Both the position numbers and the translations under genes were made by a program. Positions 1 through 13,662 of a stretch of 64,000 nt of DNA are shown in pieces. Every line of letters begins with the position of its first letter. Position 1 is the stretch's first letter. Location: NCBI GenBank assembly GCA_951406725.2, contig OX597832.1, forward strand, positions 32,984,001 through 33,048,000. The letters are read 5' to 3'. The stretch comes from Octopus vulgaris. Lineage: Eukaryota. The notes under the pieces were generated by a model. It did not search any database. It had not been told where the DNA came from and saw only the letters and a program-made list of their open reading frames with translations.

Positions 1-687
1 TTTGGTTTTACCATTCATCGTTCCATACTGTAAGACGATCGGTTCGTTTCATAGGGAAAATAGGCAGGCCTCGGAAGAACTACAAGATTATGACTGAATG
101 TGGATCTTTATGAAATACTTGAGTGGAATGAGCTGCAGACAAGCAAATATGCTCGCGTCTCCCCTTGTGCCTATAAATAAGCTGGCCCTTATCTCTTATA
201 GGTTCTGCATATAGAGATCTTTCGTTGCATAAAAATATGCTACTCGAATCGTTTGCAAGGCGTTACTCGATAAAAAGAATTGTCTGTTCACATTAAAAAT
301 GTCTTCCACTACAGTTTTCCTATGTAATGTGATCTCTGATACAGAAATCTCAGGATTTGAAGACCTTTCTAATGAAATGGTAAATTTATCTTTCTCGTGG
401 AAAAAACAACGGGACCCTTCGTCCAGAAAACATATAGAGTGTTTCGTGCAATACAAGTCACTTAAAACTCATCCCAGCATCAATACCTGCCAGAATGGTT
501 TCCAGTCAACCCTCAAATTTTCTGAAGATAGATTTCATTCTAGGTAGATGTCGCTGATCATTGAGGTCTTGCTTAAGTTGTGAGGTACAAAATAGTGTGT
601 GCATATGTACATTCATACTGATATACGCACATAAACACAATCATAAATACAAACACACGTACACACACATATGTATTTGTATGTATA

Positions 688-1092
688 GGCGCAGGAGTGG
701 CTATGGAGTAAGAAGATTGTTTCCCAAGCACATGCATCAGGGTTCAATCCCACTACATGGCACATTACGCAAATAGTCTTCTACTATAGCGTCGGTCCGA
801 CCAAAGCATTGTGAGAGGATTTGGCTGACAGAAACTGAAAGAAACCCGTCGTACACACATATGTGTGTGTGTGTGTGTGTATGTGTGTAGGTATGTATGT
901 TTGTCCTCCTCCATCATTTCACAACCGGTGTGGTGTCTTTACGTTCCGGTAACTTCGCGGTTCGTCAAACGGAACATATAGAACATGTACTAGGCTTACA
1001 ATGCGTAAGTCCTGAGGTCGATTTGTTCGACAAGAAAAGCAGTGCTCCAGCATGGCCGCAGTAAAATGACTGAAACAAGTAAAAGGATAAAA
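688..1092 (+). mobile_element. tRNA-derived SINE, family A (full length, internal (TG)n)
   Basis: Head GGCGCAGGAGTGGCT..GTAAG with B-box-like GGGTTCAATCCC; body CTTCTACTATAGC..CCGACCAAAGC; tail CAGCATGGCCGCAGTAAAATGACTGAAACAAGTAAAAG. Colinear with the copy at 17009-17375. Confidence 0.8.
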
Positions 1093-1159
1093 GAAAAAAA
1101 AGAATATGATTATATATACATCACGTATGTACTTTAATGTATATATGTATGTATACAAA

Positions 1160-1306
1160 CACACGACGGGTTTCTTTCAGTTTTAGTCTACCGAATCCGC
1201 TCAAACGCATATGGTTACCTTAGTGCTATCAAAAAAGACATGCATAAGGCGCCACGATGGCCCGGGACTGAACTCGCAATGCCATAGTTGGGAAGCAAGC
1301 GCCTGC
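1160..1306 (-). mobile_element. SINE family A, 5' half, inverted relative to 688-870
   Basis: ACGACGGGTTTCTTTCAGTTT is the reverse complement of AAACTGAAAGAAACCCGTCGT at about 832-852; GGGACTGAAC is the reversed B-box. Confidence 0.7.
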
Positions 1307-2038
1307 ATACACACATACATACACATATAGACATACACACACACACATAAACACACGCACACAAACACACACACATATAAATGGTCAAAATTGGGGAAAT
1401 ATTATTTCAACGTTTACAATTACCGAAGCCCGTGGAAAGCGAACTCAGAAATCCCGAGGAACTACTTTCTACAATGAGAAACTGGGCATCACCGCAACAA
1501 CAGAGATTTGGTTGTCAATCGTTATTCACTTATATGAAGCCGTAGCAGTAAAGTTTAAGTAACCTTCCATTAGAATATATTGCCAGTGTTATAATTAGCT
1601 GTCAATTAAGCAAGTATTGTTTGATTTGTGTTCTTACTGAGTTAAGACTTGTCATAATTATAACATGACGAATTATCATTTACTGTAATTACTGCATCAC
1701 TTGGAAAAATGGCGTCGGAGCCGGAGTTATACAGTATGATATACGGTATTTGTAGATGCAGATATAATGACAAATATACGGGCATACACATATTCGCATT
1801 CGTATAGTGTAAGAGTTTGTATGCGTGTGTATGTGTGAGAGAGTCTCCGTGTGTACTCACATTCAGATGTACATGTCCATAAAATGACACACTCACCCAC
1901 ACACGTATATATGAAATACGCATATATACATATATTATTTATATATATATTATTTATATATATATATATGTACATTATTTATATATATATTATTTATATA
2001 TATATTTATATGCATATACATATACATACAAATCTAAG

Positions 2039-2069
<31 letters not shown>

Positions 2070-2237
2070 TTGTTTTCTAAACAGAAGATGTGTTTTCTAT
2101 TAAGACACACATATATACATATATATATTTATGTATGTGTGTATGTGTGTGCGTGTGTGTCTTGATGTGTGCGTATGTATGTATTTTGACACGGAATATA
2201 TATATATATATTTATTTATTTATATTTATATACATGC

Positions 2238-2283
<46 letters not shown>

Positions 2284-2783
2284 CATACATATATATACAA
2301 TATATATATATATTTATATTTTCCATGTCAATATACATACACATTCAACAACACACACGCACACACATACACTCGCTCATACACACACATAAATGTATAT
2401 ATATATATGTGTGTGTGTGTGTGTTATGTGTGTGTGTGTGTGTGTGTGCGTCTTTATAGAAAACACATCTTCAGTCATTAAAATTAATAAACGATTTTGG
2501 AAAGAGTTAATCACCATCTCCATGATGTTCATCATCATCATCGTCATCAACACTATCAACATCATCAGCAGCAGCAGCGTCTTCGTCACCACCGTCAGCA
2601 TCAGCAGTAACACCATCTTCCTCATCCTTGTTATCCCCCCCACCCCCGTCGTCAAATTCTGCTGCTGCCACTGCTACAGAATTACGTTTACGACTCTTTT
2701 AGAAATTTAATTAAACGTCCTCCGAAGAATTTTGGTTCAGCGAACACAAACATTTCTATATTGTATGAGAGAGACACTCACGT

Positions 2784-2862
<79 letters not shown>

Positions 2863-2959
2863 CACACTTTGTCACGTGGACCAATCCTCATACGAAACTT
2901 CAAACATACACTGTTTCCCGCGCACGAATAAACGCACAATTAGTGAGCTTAAATATATA

Positions 2960-3191
2960 CCTATTTCTTTACTACCCACAAGGGGCTACACACAGAGGGG
3001 CAAACAAGGACAGACAAACGGATCAAGTCGGTTATATCGATCCCAGTGCGTAACTGGTACTTAATTTATCGACCCCGAAAGGATGAAAGGCAAAGTCGAC
3101 CTCGGTGGAATTTGAACTCAGAAAGTAACGGCGGATGAAATACCGCTAAGCATTTCGCCCGGTGTGCTAACGTTTCTGCCAGCTCGCCGCC
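2960..3191 (-). mobile_element. tRNA-derived SINE, family B (full length)
   Basis: Minus strand reads GGCGGCGAGCTGGCAGAAACGTTAG..GAGTTCAAATTCC..GAGGTCGACTTTGCCTTTCATCCTTTCGGGGTCGATAAATTAAGTACCAG..TAGTAAAGAAATAG. Highly similar to 48612-48840. Confidence 0.85.
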
Positions 3192-3771
3192 TCGTCAGGG
3201 AATTTGCTTTGATACAAAATGCTAAGTTCAAATCCGATCGAGGTCAATTTTTTTTTTTTTTCCTACGGGTTCAATAAAAATGCACCAAACCTCGATGGAT
3301 GCCTTGCCATATTTCTTTTGGTTGATTTGGTAATGGTTTCAACTCTAGTTAGCGCGCTGTTTGATGCCAGACTGTGGCTTATTGTACCACCACCATCTTC
3401 AACCTCAAATGCCTTTAAGGGAGAACCATTCTGTTGCATGTAACCAAGCAAGGTTTCTGGTTTAAAGATACATTCTTCCATCCTGAGTATTAGTAGCAAA
3501 AGCCCTGTAACGAATCGGGGATACTGCCTCGTCTCGCGATTAATCTATATTAAAAATCACACAGAAAATCCAAAACAGAAGCCCCTCAAAAACAGTCATG
3601 AACTTGCATCTACCTTCATACGCAAGATGCCAGAAAACCCACTCACGCACGCACGCGCACGTCTGTTTGTGTGTGCTTGTGTGTGTGAGAGAGAGAAGTT
3701 ATACGTCATACTTAGTTGTGAGTACGTGAAGTTAGGTATATGCAGGTAGATTACAATGAATAAATATGTTA

Positions 3772-3819
<48 letters not shown>

Positions 3820-3824
<5 letters not shown>

Positions 3825-3965
3825 TTTTGTTATCTCATTGTTTTTTCTGTGTCCCTTTCTGTAGAAGAGCGTAGGCTCGAAACGTAAAAGACATTTTCTA
3901 TTCCTGTTTGTTTTGTACACCACTTGTCTTCGTCTTTTGTTTTTTTTCGTGAACTCTCCCCCTTT
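3820..3965 (+). repeat. Short dispersed repeat in (TA)n carrying a variant minimal hammerhead-like motif
   Basis: CTTT-CTGTAGAA-GAGC(GTAG)GCTC-GAAA-CG-TA-AAAG; a homologous copy lies at 34410-34575. Confidence 0.55.
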
Positions 3966-4966
3966 ATATATATATATATATATTCATATAGCATAAATCG
4001 TATACACACACAACCACCTATATACATAAATATGCATATATCTTTCTATGAATATATACATATATGTATGTATACATTATAAATCACTTTTACGCAACAG
4101 AAATTTGTGTATTTGATGCATAAATTAGAATTCATTTACTCATCTGTTCACACTATTCGATCACGATTAATGTCTCGCCACAGACATTGAGCTTTCATTT
4201 GACACTCGTTAGAGAAACTATATTTCTTTTCATCATTGCACAATAATAAACATACATTATTTATAAAGGGTGGACATACCGATTGAGCTACATATAAATA
4301 ATGGTGTCAGAAGCTTAAAATTAATTCATTATTTATTTTTCTGATGCAATTTACTCTACCTCTAGTCTTTCACTCACACATATTATTTTTTGCTCTTTTA
4401 TCGTTTCAGCCTAATCTTTAATGTAAAGGCATTGTATGTCTTGATTTTGATTTCAGGTCTTATCTATTTCTGCTTTGCTGCTAAATGTTGTGTGTAAGCT
4501 ATTTTCTCTCATATTTTGCCCGTCTGGTCTTTGGTGACGCATATTTTATGTCTTTTTTTTTTCTTCTGGAATCTCGCTTGTAAGATCTTTGAACACATGG
4601 TTTGGTTCCTCATATTCTGTGTTTATTAGTTGATAGGGGATATTGCATGGGTATACTTTGTCGACACAGAGTAGCTGCCTGTACTGTCACGTTATAGCTC
4701 GGGTGACTGCTCTTTCCTGATATATCTCATCGATCTGCACTTTTATAAATAGGAACACGGAAAATGCTGTTCCGTAATTATGTTTTGCGACAACGTATAA
4801 AGTCCCTAAGTTTATATGCTCAGTTACAAGACAAATGAAGCCACGTCAGAGATAGGAATGATGCGTGAAACTAAGAAACCGAGACCATATATTTAGGTAA
4901 CACGCCATGTCTTCCATTCCCCCTTCTCGATTATACATATAGGAATGTGTGGATATTGGGGAGGGG

Positions 4967-5600
4967 GTTAGTTAGTTAGTTAGTTAATTTGGCTCAAAAG
5001 CAAATAGCAAGGCCATGTAGGGGGACATGGGGTTGTCTCTGTGGTTCGTGTGTGTATGTGTGAGAGAGCCAAGAAAATCATTTGACAAAGGATCAAAATG
5101 TATCAAGTGAAGGCCCGCGAATTGAGGAAGTGTAAGAATATCGGAGATAATTATTTGTGGCTTTTTTGTGTCTTGAAATGTGATTCCATATCCTACCATG
5201 GTCAAGATGTTGGTGGGTTTTATGCATGCAATGATTGTGCAGCATCCGTGCCTTTAGTGGTGTCGCTTCTCCCATCCAATTAACTTGGAGGCCCTTCAAA
5301 GAGGTCTTGAGAGGTGCACTTAACATTTGACTGAAAAATATTTTATTTCTCGGGCTTCGTTGACGTTGCAGATGCATCGGTTAAATTGCGTTGCATATTG
5401 TGAGATTCTTTCATTGATATGGATGTGTTCCTTGCACGAGATGATTATGAGAGGAAGGGCTGTGCTGGAAAAGTTCCACGGCATTCGTTCATTAGAGATT
5501 ATTTCTTTGCAGGAGAATGTAATCATCATTCACTCCATCACTAAACAGAGACGCTGCATTCGACGGTAAAACATGTAGGAATGCAAATTGGTTTTGTGTC
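4967..5600 (-). mobile_element. Possible 3' end of an unclassified LINE-like element with a (TAAC)n tail
   Basis: Higher-complexity block that ends abruptly in (GTTA)n at 4967-4986. No diagnostic protein motif recognised. Confidence 0.25.
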
Positions 5601-5654
5601 ACATTGATTACATTGACTTTCATTGATTGATAGCAGGTAGAATTTGACGATGGG

Positions 5655-6015
5655 ACAAAACCGTTGGTCAACACCGGTCGTCAAGCGGTGGTGGGGAATA
5701 AACAAAGACACACAGACACAAACACATACACACACACACGTGTATACACACATACACAAGTGTATACACACACGCTCACACACACATAAACACAAAAACA
5801 CACACATACATACACACGTCTATACATACACATACACAAGTGTATACACGCACACACACGACAAGCTTCTTTCGGTTTTCGTCTAACATATCCGTTGAAA
5901 ATCTTCCGTTGTTCCGAGGCTAGAGTAGAAAATGGCTGCCAAATTTGCCATGCAGTGACACTGAAAGGAAAAAATGTGTTGCAAGACAATTTTTTCAAAA
6001 CACAGCCACGGTTGT
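5655..6015 (-). mobile_element. SINE family A, degenerate
   Basis: CACCGGTCGTCAAGCGGTGGTGGGG, an internal (CA)n, CGACAAGCTTCTTTCGGTTTTCGTCT and CACAGCCACG match the reverse complement of family A. Confidence 0.6.
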
Positions 6016-7009
6016 GTGTAATTTGGGGGAAACATATTTCTAGGGAATTTCTTTAGGATCTCCTCCAATTTGGGCCCACAAGCTTAGGCTGTTGCTGTTG
6101 TCTATATTGTGTAGCCACAGGCCGGTATTAAGCAGACAAACCTATTCGCAAAGTGACCTCGAATTAGATCCGTTCTGCGCTGGACTATGCCGTCCTATTT
6201 ACAAGTCATCGAGCATTATTTTATCCAATGCCTCTTTACAAAGAAAAGACAGGTTTGTTAGTTGATTTTTCGCTGCTATTTCTGGAAGGCGTAGTGATTT
6301 AGCATAGGCTCTCTTCTTGTTAGACGTTGCCCCCAGAACATTCATTTCATGTGAGTCCTATTAGCTTGTAACAATTAATTAAACTCCTGTTGTGGAGTTA
6401 TATAGAGACACAGCCTACACATTACCAAACCCAACACACAATCCAATTACCTCTAATTTATCCCCCCCATGCCCTTTTAGGGTCCAACCATCAATTTCAT
6501 ATTTTTGTATATATTTTCCATATTTTCTTTCTATTCTTTCTAAACTGCAGCCAATTATACCAACAAATTTGTATCTCATTATTTTCTTCATTCTTCAATA
6601 TTTCTTTACAGATTTCAGTGATTTTAGGCTGGAAATGTATTCTGATAATTCTATAGATTCGCTCAGCATTCACAGGTGTCCAGATATGGCAATATATGGG
6701 TTTGTGTCTTCCTTAGGTGAGTAAAAATATCGCAATTTCTAAACGGTTACAAATAACTAAAGAACCGTAAGCTAAAGATTGACAGATCTCATTAAGAAAT
6801 GTTTCGAAGAATGCTTCCAGAAATGGTGAAAAAAAAGGTCATGCCACAAACAGTGCCATGTCAATATAAAATAATGCTTTCTGCTGCAAACCCCAATTAA
6901 ATACTATCATTATATTTGCAGCAAGTGTACTTACAGCATCAAACCTGCAGAAAGCACATTTACCCATATACACTAACATCTATATACATTTACACACGTG
7001 TGTGTGTGC

Positions 7010-7060
<51 letters not shown>

Positions 7061-7399
7061 TCTGTGTGTGAAACTTAGTGAGGGTTGATGAAAAATATTG
7101 TTGACGAGTGCCACTTTAGGTTGACGTGGCATTTCCAATTGTTTACCTTACAAACATATACACCGAAGTCAGTAAGACTTGAAAGGCAATTACTGTAATA
7201 TATACATATATGTGTATATGTGTGTGTGTTTGGATGTGTGTACGTGTGTGCGTGTGTGCGAGTACTTATGTATGTATGTAGTTTCTTTAAATTCTAAAAA
7301 GTGTTTCGACTGTAAAGTTGTGGTCATGCTGCGGTACCACCATTTTCTCTGCTACAATATCATTTGAATCCTCCGATATGTAGCTTTTGGTGAATGAGG

Positions 7400-8395
7400 A
7401 AGTTTGACGCTGCGGCCTTCTTCTGTATTTCCTGCAGGACATAGGCCCGTCTGGAACCTACTACAGACTTGGTCGCCTAGGTAGCGGATGCTATTAACTA
7501 CTTCTAGTTATCCCCGCTGTACATCTTCAGTGTCTATTGCCTTTGTGGATCTGCTACGCACAAAAACTATCTTCGCAGTTAACTTTCCTTTGATATTGCT
7601 GCACCATTTACGTATCCATAGCTTACACCGGGTACATCGTTTGGAGTTTCTACCCACGCCTTTTCTACAGATCAAGGAGGTCCATACACCTGAATGGGTT
7701 TGTGATTTGAAAGCCTTCCTACTTTCTAAGACTTTGGTCTTGCTTGGTTAACACTAAGGCCCTTTGATTATAGATCTTGCTTCCATACCTGAAAATTCGT
7801 CTTTAGTTTTGACAGTGATTCGACTATAAGAGCAAGGCCATCAGCACAGAGGAGCTCCCAAGGCAGCCTGTTTGATATCCTCTGTTATTGCCTAGAGGAC
7901 TATAATTAATAAGAGGTGGCTGAGGACTGATCCTTGGTGAACCACTGTTTATATCCAGAATCCTTCACTATACTCGTTGCCAACGGTCACCTTACTGATA
8001 GCATCCCTGTACAGGGCAGGTACAGCTCACACCAACCACTTGTCTATCTCCAGTTTCCGCATTGACCACCAGATAAGGGATCGGGGGACCGTGTCAAAGA
8101 CTTTCTCCAAGTTAGCCAAAGCAATGTACAGATGTTCATCTTTGGCTAGGTATTTCTCCTGCAGTTGTCTTACCAGGAATATAACATCGGTGGTGCTTCT
8201 ACCTGCCACAAAACCAACTGCGTCTCATCTAGTCTAACTCATTTCCTAATTAGTTGGGCTATGACCCTCTTTGTAGCTTTCCCTATTATAACTCAGCAGT
8301 GATTCCTGTTGGGCCAAGTGCTTTTCCTGTCTTCATATCCTTAATTGCTTTATCTACCAGTGTAATGTCGTTTCGGGTAGCTGGCTTCTCAATAA
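7400..8395 (-). mobile_element. Decayed RTE-clade LINE reverse transcriptase fragment
   Basis: Minus-strand peptides in RT order: LVDKAIKDMKTGKALGPTGITAEL, GRSTTDVIFLVRQLQEKYLAK..LEKVFDTVPRSLIWWSMRKL, HQGSVLS, PWELLCADGLAL (from YADDL), EVVNSIRYLGDQ. Frameshifts and stops present. Confidence 0.85.
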
Positions 8396-8685
8396 GGTCA
8401 TTAATTCTCTACATTCAGCAGTATTTTATAATGGCATCTCCAAGATTCTTTCTTCGCAGAATCGTTAAACGCAAGGGCATCATCCTCCATACGGACACGT
8501 TTTTGTGGTATGACATCAAGTTTTCTCTCAAACAATGTCATGCAATCCGAAATATCTCAGTTCTTTGGTCCTCAAGTCGCTAAACTTTGGCAAATATTTC
8601 TGCTATTCCTTTGGCTATACACACCTGTATTTTGTCTATCTGATATTTTCTCCTGTTATCCCCACTCTTCGAGACCTTCCAAGTC

Positions 8686-8849
8686 AGTTTCTTTCCACTA
8701 ATGGCCCTCTCTACAGTATTATTCCAGCAGCAACTTACCGTGGATCTGGAATGGACTGTGCATCAGATTTTGTCTGTGGCGCTTATATATATATATATAT
8801 ATATATACACATACATACATATACATATATATGTGTGTGTTTATATGTA

Positions 8850-8905
<56 letters not shown>

Positions 8906-8954
8906 TATATATATACTTGTATGTATGTATGTATTATGTATATATATATATTTA

Positions 8955-9047
<93 letters not shown>

Positions 9048-9081
9048 ATACTGTAGAGAGGGCCATTAGAGGAAAGAAACT
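8686..9081. repeat. 37-bp inverted repeat flanking a (TA)n block
   Basis: AGTTTCTTTCCACTAATGGCCCTCTCTACAGTATTAT (8686-8722) versus ATAATACTGTAGAGAGGGCCATTAGAGGAAAGAAACT (9045-9081), one mismatch. Confidence 0.85.
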
Positions 9082-9085
9082 CTAA

Positions 9086-9124
<39 letters not shown>

Positions 9125-9962
9125 TATATAATTATTATAAGCATATATAACGTAATAATTATTGTTATATAGAGGGGCACGTAATTGAGTTTATATATAT
9201 GTTTATGTATGTAAGTATATATGTATGCGTGTGTGTATGTATGTTTATAGATATAGGTAGAAACAAATGCACTCGTATAACTGTATGTCACCATCTTTAC
9301 GTGTATATACGCGGTTCATCTCGTAATAAATTATTAACATATATTGTCTACGTTGTGCATCCATAATAATTAAACAAAGCTCAGGTAACGCATTTTGCTT
9401 GGTGTCAAACCTAAATCAATTTGCCTTTTGTGCAAAATCAGAAATATGTGCCAACTTACAACACGTCACGCAACCGTATACAAAGACAAGAAGCAAATAC
9501 ACACAGCTATACAGGCATGCACAAAACACACGCACGTAAATGTAAGTATATCCATATGTGTGTGTATAAAAATATACGTGTATATATGTATCCGCACGTA
9601 AGAACTTAAGGTATGAAGTATCTAAATATGTGGAAATATTGTGATTGAAGCATACATGCATATGCGGTGAAAGAACCTTTATGTAAGAATTCTTATCACA
9701 TTTCGTATAATAGCAAAACGTTGCATAATGCATATATTTGCATATAATGATATCTACTTATATTTGTTTTCGGTGAAGACAATCACGAACACACACACAC
9801 GGATACACGCACTTACATCCACACTTATACACGCACGCAACACCACACACTTATACACACATAATTATAGAGATATTTACTTACATACTGTAGTTATTTG
9901 TATAATATACACGTATTGAGAGAGTATACAAGTGCATATGTATGTATGTATGTTTGTATCTG

Positions 9963-10008
<46 letters not shown>

Positions 10009-10246
10009 CATCTATCTATCTATCTATCCCTCTATATATATATATGTATATATATACATACACACACACACATATGTATAAATATGCCTTGGGTGTGCGT
10101 GTATGTGTGTGCATGTGTGTCTGTATCTGTACGAGTGTACGAGCAATGATATATGCAATGATTTTGCAGCATTTATTTCAGGATTTAACGAATTAATAAT
10201 GTAACATTCTATTACATTTACGTATACATATATATATACATATATG

Positions 10247-10293
<47 letters not shown>

Positions 10294-10510
10294 TTGATAT
10301 ACATGTATATATATATATATAATATATACATATACTGATATGCATATACTGATATATATATATATCTATATACATATATACATGTACACATATATACATA
10401 CATGTATATATATATATATATGTATGTATATATATATATGTATATATATATATATAATAGATACACATATTGATATACATGTATATATACATATATATAT
10501 ATACATATAT

Positions 10511-10576
<66 letters not shown>

Positions 10577-10947
10577 GAGTGTATGTATGTTGTTGCGCAT
10601 GTGAATAACTCTGTGCATTATCAATGGAAGCAAGATGTGCCAGATTTAATGCCAATCTGAATTACATAACGACACACATCGATCCGATATAAATAGCATA
10701 TATTCCCTATCGATCTTACATATCCAAATGCAACGATAGACTCATTTCAATTCCTTCTCTTATATTCATGAGGTAATCCACAAACATACATATATATATA
10801 AGTAATATTCATTACACACATACATATATATATATATATATTTGTATGTATATATATGTATATAGACTATTTACATCTCTTTTTCAGCCTCTCTTTGTTT
10901 CTACCCCTTTCTCTCTCTCTCTCTCTCCATACAGATATACACACACA

Positions 10948-11027
<80 letters not shown>

Positions 11028-11205
11028 GTCATTGATTGTTAAGGTTGCTGGTATCTAGAATTTCGTAAACGTTTATTCTGTCGTTCAATGAACCGCGAGG
11101 CTTTCATCAGCTGATGTTATGCACGGAATCGTTTTAGCAACGATTTGTCATGGAAATACTAACACTACGTCTGTATACGGTTTCGTAGTGTTCGATTGCC
11201 ACAAA

Positions 11206-11385
11206 AAGAAGCAGAAGCAGAAGAAGAAGAAGAAGAAGAAGAAGAAGAAGAAGAAGAAGAAGAAGAAGAAGAAGAAGAAGAAAAAGAAGAAGAAGAAGAA
11301 GAAGAAGAAGAAGAAGAAGAAGAAGAAGAAGAAGGAGAAGAGGAAGAAGAAGAAGAAGAAGAAGAAGAAGAGGAAGTAGAGGAAC
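11206..11385 (+). repeat. (GAA)n microsatellite
   Basis: Long near-perfect GAA triplet array. Confidence 0.95.
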
Positions 11386-11664
11386 ACCAAAAACAACAAC
11401 ATCAATAACATCAACAATGAGAACCACAATATGGAAAAAATAATAATGGCAATATCAATAATAATACTATACTAATATTAATACTATTTATAATAATAAC
11501 AATATATACAGTTATACTGATATCTACAGTACATGCAATGGATTCTCTGTTATACATTTGCATACATGCCTACATTACCGGCACTTTGTCGTGCATGTAC
11601 GTATGGACGTAGTGATACTCACACACAGATGTATATATTATATATATACATATATATGTATATA

Positions 11665-11744
<80 letters not shown>

Positions 11745-12339
11745 CAGAGAGAGAGAGAGAGAGTGAGAGAGATATGTACATGCGCTACGCACATACGCTG
11801 AAACGTTTGCATTATTGTATGCAAATACTTATATATGCGTATACCTATTTATATAGATACATACATATACATAAATATTTACATACACCTATCTATACAC
11901 AGACATGCTCACACACACACACACACATATATATATGTTCATGTATAACCTGCACATAAGTTGTGGTAGAGACATGTTTGATTCATGCATGTAGCATTTA
12001 ACCAGGCTCCATTAATGTCCTTCCATTAATGACATGAACTCCCCAACTGATTATTCTCTGATTCGCTGATGGAGATATTTTATTGTACAACATCAAACAA
12101 TTGGCTCTGTTTATCTCACAAATGCATATGATAATTAAATAATCATCTGTAGGAAAATATATACTTACATATATATATATATATATGAGCGTGTGTGTGT
12201 GAGTGTGTATGTGTGTTAGCCTTTGTGCGTGTGTGTATGGATGTGGTGTTTATTTTCCTAGCGGCGTAAATTATTTTATGCTATTGTGCATTTGTGTAAA
12301 AATGGTGATAAATATTACACACCATTTTCTAATACATAT

Positions 12340-12390
<51 letters not shown>

Positions 12391-12406
12391 CGTATATGTT
12401 TATATG

Positions 12407-12451
<45 letters not shown>

Positions 12452-12465
12452 TTATATGTTTATAT

Positions 12466-12512
<47 letters not shown>

Positions 12513-12572
12513 ACCACCACACATCCTTACATTTACACATATCCACTTCCTCACTCACATCACTTGTATATT

Positions 12573-12619
<47 letters not shown>

Positions 12620-13115
12620 GTGTATTTATATATTTATGAATGTGTGTGTGTATGTATACATATGTAATACTATTTTTATCTAACAGTGTTGAACAAAAAT
12701 GATTAGAATATCCGATTATTATTCGATTGGTTATGTTCAATACGTTTGCCATTCCAGGCGAGACCATCTGCATATATTACTTCCACGAATTGCGCAAAAC
12801 TGTAGCTTACACCTTGTATTTGGTGCCAGTTTGACCCAAAAAGATATTAGTTTAGACAATGATTTGCACACATATGCAAGTATAACATCGTAAATAAATA
12901 GCTCACTGCCTGTGGATACATAAAATGTTGAACATCAATACAGGCAGAGATTTCTCTCCTCAATTCTTACTGAAATGGACACTCGATGCTTCATACCGTT
13001 ATAACATAGCTTTCACTGAATAATTCTTCTTTTGATTCAGCATCAAGCTAATTATGTATGTTGTTGAAAGTACATTGGGCAGTGTTATGTCTTTGTTCTC
13101 TCTTCGTTTTGGATG

Positions 13116-13188
<73 letters not shown>

Positions 13189-13235
13189 CGTAATGAGATA
13201 AAAAAACCAAGGCTGTGTAGATATTAGAGTTAATT

Positions 13236-13456
13236 ATAAATAAGGGCAAAAGAAAAACGATTTCTATGCCAATATGCTGAGAAATAGACTTTAAATCGCC
13301 AATCGCCACATTCCAATATACATCACCATAAATATACGTCGTGCTGATATCGAGTACACGATGTGTATTCATGGTGATGTATATTGGAATGTGATGATTG
13401 ACAATTTAAAGTCTATATATATATTATATATATATTTCTTTTGCCCTTGTTTATAT
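13236..13456. repeat. Foldback (palindromic) element between (TA)n tracts
   Basis: Arms 13284-13343 and 13357-13416 are inverted complements with a 13-nt loop. Pairing extends to AAATAAGGGCAAAAGAAA / TTTCTTTTGCCCTTGTTT. Confidence 0.8.
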
Positions 13457-13538
13457 ATATGTTATATATTTTCACCTTTAAAGGTTTTTAATATACTATA
13501 CTTTGATGAAATTTTGGTAAAAAAATATCCTATATTAG

Positions 13539-13588
<50 letters not shown>

Positions 13589-13616
13589 GTAAGTATTCAT
13601 ATATATATATGCATTA

Positions 13617-13662
<46 letters not shown>

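Noticed and set aside
688-760. tRNA-like A/B boxes in SINE heads
   Set aside because: No full cloverleaf, and they continue into SINE bodies, so they are not tRNA genes.
11048-11115. Minus-strand CTGATGA...GAAA TTCTAGA TA hammerhead-like spacing
   Set aside because: Neither stem I nor stem II pairs next to the core.
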